DNA of 36,092 bases from a virus (lineage: Duplodnaviria; Caudoviricetes). Shown piece by piece: positions 1 to 8,888 of the stretch (positions are counted from its first letter, which is position 1; each line of letters opens with the position of its first letter). Location of the stretch: positions 1 to 36,092 of IMG/VR virus record IMGVR_UViG_3300020045_013107. The stretch is one strand, 5' to 3'. The notes under the pieces are model-generated. The model saw only the letters and a program-made list of their open reading frames with translations. It searched no databases and was not told the origin of the DNA. The position numbers and the translations under genes are program-made.

Positions 1-121
1 TACATTCATGTTCCATCTTAAAAATTTCCTCCGATTTATTGTAAAATTTTTCGGAATGTTATATATTCATATTACACTTTAGTATTATCCGATTTAATTC
101 TAAAGTAGTGGGAATAGAAAA
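1..121. repeat. Terminal direct repeat, left copy (circular contig overlap)
   Basis: nt 1-121 are identical to 35972-36092 and the repeat cuts through the 35700-35987 ORF start region. Confidence 0.97.
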
Positions 122-141
122 CTATTAATTTTCTATTCCCA
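109..141. terminator. 13-bp perfect inverted repeat (hairpin/terminator-like)
   Basis: TGGGAATAGAAAA-ctattaa-TTTTCTATTCCCA, intergenic between ORF 267-524 and the holin-like genes across the circle junction. Confidence 0.55.
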
Positions 142-266
142 AGTAAAAAAATATGATATAATAATTTTGACATTAATATATTAATGATGACTTTATCTTT
201 TCGAAAAAAGTTGCATATCATGCCCATTGACATCTATTATATTGAGGTGTTTTTTATTTCTATTCT

Positions 267-524
267 TTAATTTATAGGTAACAAAATATTATTCTTTGAT
301 TTTAATTTTGCGGCTGCTGTAATTTCAATTTGTTTTGCCAGTACTTGATTTATTTCAGTAGATATAAACGATGATAATATTTCCAACAATTCAACCGAGT
401 CAACATTGTTTCTTTCTATGAAACTTTTCAAATATGTGTGCATCTTAATTTTTAATTGATCCAGTCTTTCATTTTTTTCTTTTACTAATCTTTCGCATTC
501 TGATTTAAAACCTAAGTCAATCAT
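267..524 (-). CDS. Hypothetical protein (85 aa)
   Basis: ORF with RBS-like AAAGGGTG upstream; follows the portal gene on the same strand. Confidence 0.7.
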   Translation of the reverse strand: MIDLGFKSECERLVKEKNERLDQLKIKMHTYLKSFIERNNVDSVELLEILSSFISTEINQVLAKQIEITAAAKLKSKNNILLPIN

Positions 525-607
525 AACTCACACCCTTTATATTTTTTTGAATAATTCAAATATATTATTATTTCCAATCATCACATTTTTCTATCTTTCA
601 TTTAAAA

Positions 608-2014
608 TCATTCCTTTAAAATTTCGCTATTATCACCTGTGTTAAAACCATTATCTTCTTCTGAAATGTTAATTTCTTCATCTTCTACATCATTAACATC
701 TGGATGAATTTTAAGCAATGTTTTATTTGATATTCTACCGCCTTGTTTAACAAAATCATCTATCGTTTGGGATTTATTAAATATTATATTTCTATTGCAT
801 GTTATGTCAATTTCATTTAAATTATCTTGTTGTAAGTTTTTCATCAATAAATACTGATTGACAAACCAACATAATTTTAATAATGAATCTTCAATCATTG
901 CTTCTAATTCATCACATTTCAAATCAAGATCCGCATACCTTGATTTTATAACAACATTAGTTGTATTCCCATCTGCGACCCTTCGGGTGTCTACTGCTTG
1001 ACCAAATTCAAATATATTATCACGAATAATTTCTAAAAATGCTTTCCTGTGTTCTATAGGCAAATTCAAGGTTAAAAAGGAAGCGTTGCCATTTTCGTCA
1101 ACTTCAATAATTTTCTTTTCCTTTAATTTATTCCAAAAATCGTCATATTCTGTTTTTGAATCTCCTATTGTCCTATTTACTAATATTAATAATGCATCTT
1201 GTATTTGATCAAGGTTATTAGCCCAATCACTTTCTATAATGTCGTATAGGTCAACATGTTCTTTTATTGCTTCCAAATCATTAATACGATCGTCATTATT
1301 CCACACAGGGACAAACGGGACCCTTCCCCATCCATTAACTTTAGTTTCAATTACTGTATTCCCAATTGAAGTATTCAAACTAATATAATATATAGGGTTT
1401 ATTTCAATTGTAGTATCTAAGTAAAAATCATTTTTGTTATCTTGCATATAATATGTTATCTTTTCATCATCATATACTTCGACTTTATATCTTTCTATTT
1501 TCTTATTATCTTTTATTACAAATACTTTGTAATATCTTATCATTTGCTTTAATTCTGTTTCGTATTCTGTATCCCATATTGGAATACATTCTAATCCTGA
1601 AATTGTTAATACTTGAAATATACCATCTTTATCTATATAAGGATGTAACCATTCAACACCTTTTTTTGCTGCTTCTTTTGCTGCTTTTTTAATGAATCGA
1701 TTAACATTGATTATTTTGTTAATATTATCCGCATTGTTTATAATTAGTTTCTTTCCCAACAAATAATTAACTTTTTGATCAACTATTTTCTTAAAAAATC
1801 CATTTGCTATTTTATGATTGAATTTTGTCAAAAAGTTTTCGGTGTCTCTGGATTTAATATAAGTGTTTTTTGATCTATAATATTTAACACCTTCATATGC
1901 TGACAATTTATATATACTTGAAATATCGTCATTTATCTGTTCTTTAATTATTGCACCATCTGTAATTATATTTTCTTCTGTAATATGCTTATAACTAAAA
2001 TAATTGTCACCCAA
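608..2014 (-). CDS. Phage portal protein, SPP1 Gp6-like
   Basis: Motifs YYRSKN, NGFFKKIVDQKVNYLLGK, NGWGRVPFVPVWNND and IKSRYADLDLKC; immediately downstream of terL. Confidence 0.93.
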   Translation of the reverse strand: MGDNYFSYKHITEENIITDGAIIKEQINDDISSIYKLSAYEGVKYYRSKNTYIKSRDTENFLTKFNHKIANGFFKKIVDQKVNYLLGKKLIINNADNINKIINVNRFIKKAAKEAAKKGVEWLHPYIDKDGIFQVLTISGLECIPIWDTEYETELKQMIRYYKVFVIKDNKKIERYKVEVYDDEKITYYMQDNKNDFYLDTTIEINPIYYISLNTSIGNTVIETKVNGWGRVPFVPVWNNDDRINDLEAIKEHVDLYDIIESDWANNLDQIQDALLILVNRTIGDSKTEYDDFWNKLKEKKIIEVDENGNASFLTLNLPIEHRKAFLEIIRDNIFEFGQAVDTRRVADGNTTNVVIKSRYADLDLKCDELEAMIEDSLLKLCWFVNQYLLMKNLQQDNLNEIDITCNRNIIFNKSQTIDDFVKQGGRISNKTLLKIHPDVNDVEDEEINISEEDNGFNTGDNSEILKE

Positions 2015-2030
2015 TAATTACACCACCTTA

Positions 2031-3287
2031 CTATACTAAATGTTGTTTATATCTCATGTCTCTTTCCATTGCATATCGTGTCATGTCAATACTGTGATCA
2101 TCGCCATCTAATTCATTACATAAATTACCGTCTTTGTCTGTTTTATAATCTATTGATTCATATTCTTTAGCAGTTTCCGGTGTTCTTGTTGGGTCAATAT
2201 AAATAGCGGTTAAAGTATCTAGCCATTCAAGACCATATTCAACGCTTCCAGGTCCTTTTTTGGCTGCCTGTACTAATAGTCCATAACTTTTTAATTCTGC
2301 AATACTTCGTGAATCTTCATTATCTGCTGTGACTCTAAAGTCATTATAACCCTTTTGAACAATCCTATTATATAAAACGCTATTTCTTAATTTAACGTCT
2401 CTTATTTCATCAAATATATATATAGAATCTTTTTTTCTATCATAATGTATTCTTCCAAAATGGGTCGGGTCTATCTTCCAGCCAAAATCAAGCCCTTGTC
2501 TTATATTATCAAAAGATTTAATTTGATCGTTTGTTATAGGTCCAAAATTTAAATTACTAAATGGTACTATACCGCCACCAATTGGCATCCCTAAATATAT
2601 CCAGTTATATCTTTGCTCATTTTGTTTTTTTACTTCTTCGGCTTCTTCAATAAAAGCTTCTGATATATAAGGGTTATCTAAATAACAACTATTATGCACA
2701 AATACGTTTTTTGGCAAAAATTGAGTTTCGTATAATTTGTTTGTCCAATGTGTTTTCCTCTTGGGTTGATTATATGAAAAATCTATACTATATTTTAAAC
2801 CCTTTGAAAGTTTAGCTCTTAGTATAGAATTTGTAATTACTTTAACTTCTTCTTCTGTCTTAAATTCTGCCAGTTCTTCAATCCATAATTTTGTTAATGG
2901 AAATTTAGAAGTTTTAATTGATTTAATCTTTGTTGGATCGTCTGCGCCTCTAAATAAAATTTCTTGCCCTGTTGGTTTATATACAATCCTTAATGGGCTT
3001 TTGTAATCTTTGAAATAATGATCCACGTTTAAAAGTTGTGTAGCTTCCATTAAATTCTCATAACATGATTTTGATAATGTATTTCCAACTTTACGAACGA
3101 CTAACCCATTGATAGGATATTTAATAAAATCCCTTATCCATCTAATAGGTATATGTGTAGATTTTGCACCGCCACGCCCACCTTTACATACTTTATATAA
3201 ATAATCTTCATAAGCTAACCACCAATCATAAAATGACGGGAGTACAATATCAGCAAAATCTATTTTATTTATATCAATTGCTTTCAT
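2031..3287 (-). CDS. terL: Terminase large subunit, PBSX family
   Basis: Walker A GGRGGAKS, Walker B LWIEELAE, FRGADDP, nuclease motifs GLDFGW.IDP and DDHSIDMTRYA. Confidence 0.95.
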   Translation of the reverse strand: MKAIDINKIDFADIVLPSFYDWWLAYEDYLYKVCKGGRGGAKSTHIPIRWIRDFIKYPINGLVVRKVGNTLSKSCYENLMEATQLLNVDHYFKDYKSPLRIVYKPTGQEILFRGADDPTKIKSIKTSKFPLTKLWIEELAEFKTEEEVKVITNSILRAKLSKGLKYSIDFSYNQPKRKTHWTNKLYETQFLPKNVFVHNSCYLDNPYISEAFIEEAEEVKKQNEQRYNWIYLGMPIGGGIVPFSNLNFGPITNDQIKSFDNIRQGLDFGWKIDPTHFGRIHYDRKKDSIYIFDEIRDVKLRNSVLYNRIVQKGYNDFRVTADNEDSRSIAELKSYGLLVQAAKKGPGSVEYGLEWLDTLTAIYIDPTRTPETAKEYESIDYKTDKDGNLCNELDGDDHSIDMTRYAMERDMRYKQHLV

Positions 3288-3948
3288 TGTCTTTTTTATC
3301 CTTCATTATTTTAAATCGTTCTTCTATTGAATCAATAAGTATTGGGCGGTCGTCTGACTCTATTTCATTATCTTTATTCATTAATTTTAATTTTTCTTCT
3401 TCGATTTTTCGTTTCCATTTTTCAGGGAACAAATCAAAGAATTTAATCAAATAATCTAAAGCATATTTCTTATCAACTAATTTAATTTTAAATCCGTCTT
3501 TCCCCTGTGATATCTCAGATATAATTGATGGATCTAAAACATTATTATCTTTAGCCTTTACATAATTTTTAATATATGTTAAATTTTCTTTTGTTTCTGA
3601 ATCTTTTAATGTATTCCCGTACATATCCCGTTGGTTCTCAACTGTATGTCCCCATTCTATATAATCACTTATATCTGAAAAACCAATCTTAACCATTAAA
3701 TTAAATACATCTTTAGCTTCTATAAATGTATTATCACTTACATTCTTTTTGAGTCTTTTGATTTCTTTCATTATATTAGGGTTTCTAAGGGCTTTAGACC
3801 CTTCAACCATAGATGTATTATACTTAGCTTTAAATGCGTTAATATATGCCTGTGTGGCATTGAAATTTTTTATATAATACTTACAAAACAATTGTTGTTT
3901 AGGCGTTAATCCATAAGGGTTATCTTCATTTATTGCTTTTTTAGCCAT
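3274..3948 (-). CDS. terS: Terminase small subunit
   Basis: LTPKQQLFCKYYIKNFNATQAYINA, typical of Terminase_2 proteins, plus ISEISQGKDGFKIKLVDKKYALDYL; overlaps terL. Confidence 0.92.
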   Translation of the reverse strand: MAKKAINEDNPYGLTPKQQLFCKYYIKNFNATQAYINAFKAKYNTSMVEGSKALRNPNIMKEIKRLKKNVSDNTFIEAKDVFNLMVKIGFSDISDYIEWGHTVENQRDMYGNTLKDSETKENLTYIKNYVKAKDNNVLDPSIISEISQGKDGFKIKLVDKKYALDYLIKFFDLFPEKWKRKIEEEKLKLMNKDNEIESDDRPILIDSIEERFKIMKDKKDNESN

Positions 3949-4104
3949 AACATCAAACCCCTTTAATTTTTCCCATTAAATAATTATAACTTTATATAAA
4001 TCTAATAAAATTAATAAAACTTTTTAAAACATTTGAAAATTTATAATAGTTTCAAATTTAATATATCCTGTTCCCATGACATACCCCTAACTATATTTAA
4101 TTTG

Positions 4105-4200
4105 TGGTGGATTACAAGAATCGAACTTATTCCATTTTGTAATAATACGTCTATTATTACTATTGTACACAAGGCACAAAAGGCCACCATGAACCCACCA
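4105..4200 (-). ncRNA. tRNA-like RNA or degenerate tRNA
   Basis: TGGTGGGTT pairs with AATCCACCA; canonical T-arm ATAAG-TTCGATT-CTTGT; internal 9-bp hairpin GTAATAATA-GACG-TATTATTAC; no canonical D or anticodon arm. Confidence 0.5.
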
Positions 4201-4276
4201 TATAATATATAATAAATCCAACTAATCAATTAATATAAAATATTTGTTCACCAAGTAATATTTTTATTTTTTGTTA

Positions 4277-4477
4277 TTAGTTGGATAGTTTATTAATTAA
4301 CCATCCACACATTTTATCAATCTTCAATACTTTTATAACTTCATCAAATAACAATTTAAATTGATTTCTTATCTGTTTACATTGTCCGTCTAATGTTCTA
4401 TTGTATATTCTTTTATATTCATCTTCTTCTGCTTCTGTTGCTTCATCATTAAATGGAGTTAAATATTTTTTTATCAC
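4277..4477 (-). CDS. Hypothetical protein (66 aa)
   Basis: GTG start with GAAAGGAAG RBS; sigma-A-like promoter upstream. Confidence 0.65.
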   Translation of the reverse strand: MIKKYLTPFNDEATEAEEDEYKRIYNRTLDGQCKQIRNQFKLLFDEVIKVLKIDKMCGWLINKLSN

Positions 4478-4542
4478 AATAGACTTCCTTTCATAAAAGA
4501 TAATTAAAATTTGTGGCTTTTTCTCAATTTTATATTAACACG

Positions 4543-4571
4543 ATATATAATTCTTCTGCAAGGATTGTCAA
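4543..4571 (-). promoter_or_regulatory. Putative sigma-A promoter toward the packaging genes
   Basis: TTGACA-N16/17-TATATA/ATATAT on the minus strand. Confidence 0.45.
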
Positions 4572-4968
4572 AGGAATTAAAAAGTAAAACAAAGTAATTA
4601 AAAAGGATGCTTTAGAGACTAACAAGACTTTTAGACTTAAAATTTCAAGGTTAACCATAACAAACAACAAGTTATGAACAACGTCAACAAATAATCAAAA
4701 TTAAGCACATTAAACGACAAAAATATATAAAATAACATAAAGTTACTATTAAAATTTTATATGCTTTACGGTGGCGAATTTCAATCGATAACGTATATAT
4801 TCCATAGATAAATATTACATAGAAAAGTATTGAATAAATAAAGCAAAAAACGCTTCTAATTAAAGAAACGTTTTAAGGAACTCCTTTTGCAACTAGCAAC
4901 TGAGCTAAGTTAATTATATATCTCTGACTTTATAAAGTCACTAAAATAATTCATTGGTAATGCTTATA

Positions 4969-6390
4969 TTAAATTAATGATAATGCTTTTTCTTTGTTTA
5001 CTAATAATGAGCTTTTTTTCCGTTCTTCCATGAATAAAATTCCTTTTGATTTTAATTCTAAATTCATTCCATTAAATTCATTTTGAGTTATGAATAAATC
5101 TTTTATAGCTTTTCCCCTTGAAGGTATTTTATTATTATTACTATTATCATAAATATAATTAATATATTTTAAAATTAGGTCCCTTGATATCTTAGTCGTG
5201 TCTATCTCCTGTTTAAATCCAATAGTATTTTTACTTTTTATTCCTTCCGTTATTTCTTCATCATATGCTGTAAAGTCTGTATATCCTTTTACAAGATCCG
5301 CTTTTATTGTATCTTTTTTATTTTCAATATTAAAATCCGCAGTACATGTTGCTATATTTCCAGACGAATTAATATTTATGTCTTTGTTTTTTGAATTATT
5401 AAAAGTTTTAATATTACTTTTTACATTTTCCATTATTTCAGTAGATAATGTTATTTCTGGATTAACAATTTTTAAATAAATTGCTGCCGCTTCTGAAAAT
5501 AAACCAATAAAAACCAAAAACCATGTTATAAACTTTTTTAAATTGTTTTTGCCTACTATATCACTAATTGTTGAGCTATATCCTTTTGTGGTATCTATTT
5601 CATTTAAAATTGAATCTTTATTTATATTTGTATTGCTTTTTTCATTGCTGTCTGCTGCAATAATTTCTGTTATTTTATTAATACTTTCGTCTGAAATAGA
5701 ATTATCTTTTTTATTTACAATTTCGTCCTTAACTGTTTTGAATACATCATTATACTTTTTTACTTTATCTTCATATGAAAATTTAAATTTTAATTGATAT
5801 GATTTACTGCAATTATTTAGAATCTTTTGCTGTTCTTTTACTCTAGGATCTTTTAAAACAATATTATTTATTTCTGTTTCCGATAACTGTTTTTTATTGC
5901 TTTTTTTTGTTATAGTATCACTAAGAGTTTTTATCAAATTAGTTTTTGAAGCTTCATTATTTAATGTTGCTTCTTCTTTTTTTAATTCTATTTTATAACC
6001 TGAACTATTTAAAATTGATTCATTTTCGATTTTATTTGTCTGGTTCTTTAAATATGCCGTTGAAGCAAAAATTGACAATGAAAATGATGGAATAAAGAAT
6101 ATTATTGCAATAAATGCCTTTAATTTTTTCTTTCTCATTATAGAATTTATAGCAATTTTTGAAGTCCTTAATTCAAAAAATACAATAACATTTCCTATTA
6201 TTAACATAGCTGCCATTGAAAAGAAATTACTACTTGCAAGATCCAAAAATAACATACTTGAAAAAAATAAACTTACAAAAATCAAAAGACTTGACAATAT
6301 ATTCTGCTTTAATTTATCGATCCTATATTCCTCAAATCCCATTAAATCATTTACATAATTTACAAAAACGTTTTTAATCTTATCTTTCAT
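4969..6390 (-). CDS. Multi-pass membrane protein with coiled-coil region and C-terminal winged-helix-like domain
   Basis: Three N-terminal hydrophobic helices, a long K/N/E-rich region, a fourth TM (FITWFLVFIGLFSEAAAIYL) and a C-terminal helical segment (IPSRGKAIKDLFITQNEFNGMNLELKSKGIL). Start moved to ATG 6390 based on the RBS. Confidence 0.7.
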   Translation of the reverse strand: MKDKIKNVFVNYVNDLMGFEEYRIDKLKQNILSSLLIFVSLFFSSMLFLDLASSNFFSMAAMLIIGNVIVFFELRTSKIAINSIMRKKKLKAFIAIIFFIPSFSLSIFASTAYLKNQTNKIENESILNSSGYKIELKKEEATLNNEASKTNLIKTLSDTITKKSNKKQLSETEINNIVLKDPRVKEQQKILNNCSKSYQLKFKFSYEDKVKKYNDVFKTVKDEIVNKKDNSISDESINKITEIIAADSNEKSNTNINKDSILNEIDTTKGYSSTISDIVGKNNLKKFITWFLVFIGLFSEAAAIYLKIVNPEITLSTEIMENVKSNIKTFNNSKNKDININSSGNIATCTADFNIENKKDTIKADLVKGYTDFTAYDEEITEGIKSKNTIGFKQEIDTTKISRDLILKYINYIYDNSNNNKIPSRGKAIKDLFITQNEFNGMNLELKSKGILFMEERKKSSLLVNKEKALSLI

Positions 6391-6407
6391 AATCAAACCC
6401 AACCTCT

Positions 6408-6875
6408 CTATATTTTTTTTGATAAAGTAACTTTTACATATCCTTCTTTTTTGTCTGTCCATCTTTTAAACGTATGACTTTCAACAATGTATGAATCGTC
6501 TTTGTATGCCTTGCCATTGATACTATCTGTAATAATTTTTTCTATGTTATCAAAATCAGGTTTTTTTGTCGGATATATTTCATGCAGTAAACATTGATTT
6601 ATTTTCTTTTTGCTGTAACTATCAGGAATTTTAAAAAATGCTTCTATAGTAATATTAATAGGTCCTTCGATATAGTTGCCCTTAGATTGATAATACATTA
6701 TTTTTACTAAATTTTCATATAACACTGTTTTTTCTGGTGTATACGTTCCATTCCTTGTAACTCTCGCCCTTGCTTTTCCTGCTGGTTCTCCTGGGATTAT
6801 AAAACTAATCTTGTGATTTTCAGTAGTTTTTGCTTGTAGTTTTTTTATTTCTTTATTACAAAAATTACATTTCAT
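6408..6875 (-). CDS. rusA: RusA-family Holliday junction resolvase
   Basis: IPGEPAGKARAR, TYTPEKT and KKPDFDNIEKIITDSINGKAYKDDS. Start at ATG 6875 after GAAAGGGGT. Confidence 0.9.
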   Translation of the reverse strand: MKCNFCNKEIKKLQAKTTENHKISFIIPGEPAGKARARVTRNGTYTPEKTVLYENLVKIMYYQSKGNYIEGPINITIEAFFKIPDSYSKKKINQCLLHEIYPTKKPDFDNIEKIITDSINGKAYKDDSYIVESHTFKRWTDKKEGYVKVTLSKKI

Positions 6876-7038
6876 ATGATACCCCTTTCGGTGGCTTTCG
6901 CCCCACATAATAATAAATATGTTTTAAAATATAAAGACACAGAATCGCCTTCAATTATACCTGTAACCGTTCTACTATTCATTAACTTTTGTTCTAGGCA
7001 ATTCCTTTTATTTTATTAGGGGCTTTTACACCCCTTTA

Positions 7039-7920
7039 TTATCCTGCTTTCTTTTTTGCTGCTGCTTCAATATCTTTTTTAACTTTTTCTGCAATATCTG
7101 TGTATTCCTTTTTCAATTTGCCGTAAGTTGTTTGCAATCTTTTCAATGTTATTTTTTCTAAACTTGTATCATTTCCAAACCCTTTTATTTTTTTCCCATC
7201 CCATTCATATGAAGATTTTTCTTCCAATAGTTCCATTGATTTTTTCTTGTTGTGATCTGCCACTTCCCATAAAATCAATTTTATTCTTTTCATGTAATCA
7301 GCTTTTTTTAATCCTTCATCAACTGGATTTTCTGTTTCTGGTTTTGGTTTTGCTGTTTCTGGTTCTTGTTCTTGTTCTGGTTTTGTTGTTTCTGCTACTT
7401 CGTCATTAGATGTTGGTGGCTCACATGATTGTAAATCATATTTTGTCCTATCCTTTTCAAAATAGACATCTGCGGCAATGCCTAACATTTTACAACAAAC
7501 ACTTAATGCATCCGTTTTTGCCATTTTTAAAGCTTCGTCATTAGTTGTTAATATTTTTTCATTTCTTAAAAACTTTTTATTTTCCCAGATAGCCTTGTTT
7601 TGCCATACAGTAAACATTGACCCCCCATCACCTTCAATTGCTTCTGACCAGACACCGTCATTTTTTATATATAATTCAATACTTACAAAACAAGCGATTT
7701 CATGAGTTTCTGTGTTTTCCTTGTATTCTTCTTTAACTGTTTTTATTTTCCATCCAATACCTATTGGACCAAACATTTCAGTCATTCTTTTAATTCTCCA
7801 CATAGGGTTTATATTTGTATAATTTTTTAATATTCCGGCTTCTATTTTGCTTTTTGCTTCTTCCGGAACTCCTTTTCCTTCTATGTAAAACTTTAAATTT
7901 TCATTATTTGTTATTCCCAT
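7039..7920 (-). CDS. Rad52/Sak-like single-strand annealing protein
   Basis: NINPMWRIKRMTEMFGPIGIGW and DEALKMAKTDALSVCCKMLGIAADVY. Start at ATG 7920 after GAAAGGGGT. Confidence 0.7.
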   Translation of the reverse strand: MGITNNENLKFYIEGKGVPEEAKSKIEAGILKNYTNINPMWRIKRMTEMFGPIGIGWKIKTVKEEYKENTETHEIACFVSIELYIKNDGVWSEAIEGDGGSMFTVWQNKAIWENKKFLRNEKILTTNDEALKMAKTDALSVCCKMLGIAADVYFEKDRTKYDLQSCEPPTSNDEVAETTKPEQEQEPETAKPKPETENPVDEGLKKADYMKRIKLILWEVADHNKKKSMELLEEKSSYEWDGKKIKGFGNDTSLEKITLKRLQTTYGKLKKEYTDIAEKVKKDIEAAAKKKAG

Positions 7921-7987
7921 TTTAAACCCCTTTCGGGGCTTTCGCCCCACTAAAATTATTTTTATTATTTCGTTTAATCAAATAAAA

Positions 7988-8371
7988 TTAATATATTCTT
8001 GCTACTTCCCAAAATTCTTCTATTTTTCTATTTAAATATAACTTTCCTGCTATTCTATATAATGTAAATGAATCGCCATCTGCTAATATTTGCTTGTGTT
8101 TATAATTGATAAATCCTTGATACCTTTCCTTTGTTAATCTAATGAAATTATTTTCTTCTATTGCTTTACTAATTTTGGCGATTATTGTGTAGAAAAAATT
8201 ATGACTTCCATTTAAATTTTTAATTCTTTCATTGAATGTTATATTATAGTCAAATTCTAAAGTATTTTGAAAAGAACATATATTCATTAACCCCTGCATA
8301 ACATCAACCCTTTCTATTTTTATTTCACCGAATTTTAAACTGCTTTTTTGTTTTTCTTGAAATCTCGCCAA
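7988..8371 (-). CDS. Hypothetical protein
   Basis: 127-aa ORF in the early operon; start codon uncertain. Confidence 0.6.
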   Translation of the reverse strand: MARFQEKQKSSLKFGEIKIERVDVMQGLMNICSFQNTLEFDYNITFNERIKNLNGSHNFFYTIIAKISKAIEENNFIRLTKERYQGFINYKHKQILADGDSFTLYRIAGKLYLNRKIEEFWEVARIY

Positions 8372-8643
8372 CTTTCAAGCCAAATCTCAATATCTTTTCT
8401 TTTTAATTCTGTTGGTAGTTCTATAACGTCAATTGCTTCTAAGTCATTAAATGTAATTTTTGATCTTTCTAATTCACTACAGCTATTACCTAATTCAGTT
8501 ACTAAATTTTTATATCTTTCTGATTCTTTTTCTTTTGTTTTTTCTGAAATTGATTTATCTTGAAACCATAGACCCCCTTTAATGACTTTTACTAATAATT
8601 CATTATGGTTCATAGCTTTTTCAATTATGTCAATAACCCTCAT
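8335..8643 (-). CDS. Hypothetical protein
   Basis: 102-aa ORF with AAGGCGGTG RBS. Confidence 0.7.
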   Translation of the reverse strand: MRVIDIIEKAMNHNELLVKVIKGGLWFQDKSISEKTKEKESERYKNLVTELGNSCSELERSKITFNDLEAIDVIELPTELKRKDIEIWLESWRDFKKNKKAV

Positions 8644-8645
8644 AT

Positions 8646-8789
8646 TTACACCGCCTTTTTAATGCTAGAATCATCAACTATTTCATAAAATCCCAACAAC
8701 ACCGCTTTCATTAATTTACATTTATCACTACTTGAAAGATTTGCTAAGTTTGATAAGTAAAATGTTTTTTTGATCTTTCTTCTATTCAT
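8646..8789 (-). CDS. Small protein (47 aa, not in ORF track), possible DNA-binding regulator
   Basis: GAGGTG RBS, then MNRRKIKKTFYLSNLANLSSSDKCKLMKAVLLGFYEIVDDSSIKKAV; first gene after a consensus promoter. Confidence 0.65.
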   Translation of the reverse strand: MNRRKIKKTFYLSNLANLSSSDKCKLMKAVLLGFYEIVDDSSIKKAV

Positions 8790-8830
8790 GTTCTCACCTC
8801 GAATATTGAATTTATTTTCTATCTATAAAT

Positions 8831-8859
8831 AGTATACTATACATACTGTAGTATGTCAA
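8831..8859 (-). promoter_or_regulatory. Sigma-A promoter with overlapping palindromic operator
   Basis: TTGACA-N17-TATACT; operator ACATACT-GT-AGTATGT at 8841-8856. Confidence 0.8.
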
Positions 8860-8888
8860 TAGTTATGTAATTATTTTGTAGTGTTTTT

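Noticed and set aside
4041-4229. 62-aa hydrophobic ORF
   Set aside because: TTG start with no RBS, and it overlaps the tRNA-like structure; not called as a gene.
4682-4709. Resemblance to a Tn3-family res subsite
   Set aside because: Only about half of the positions match and no resolvase is encoded.
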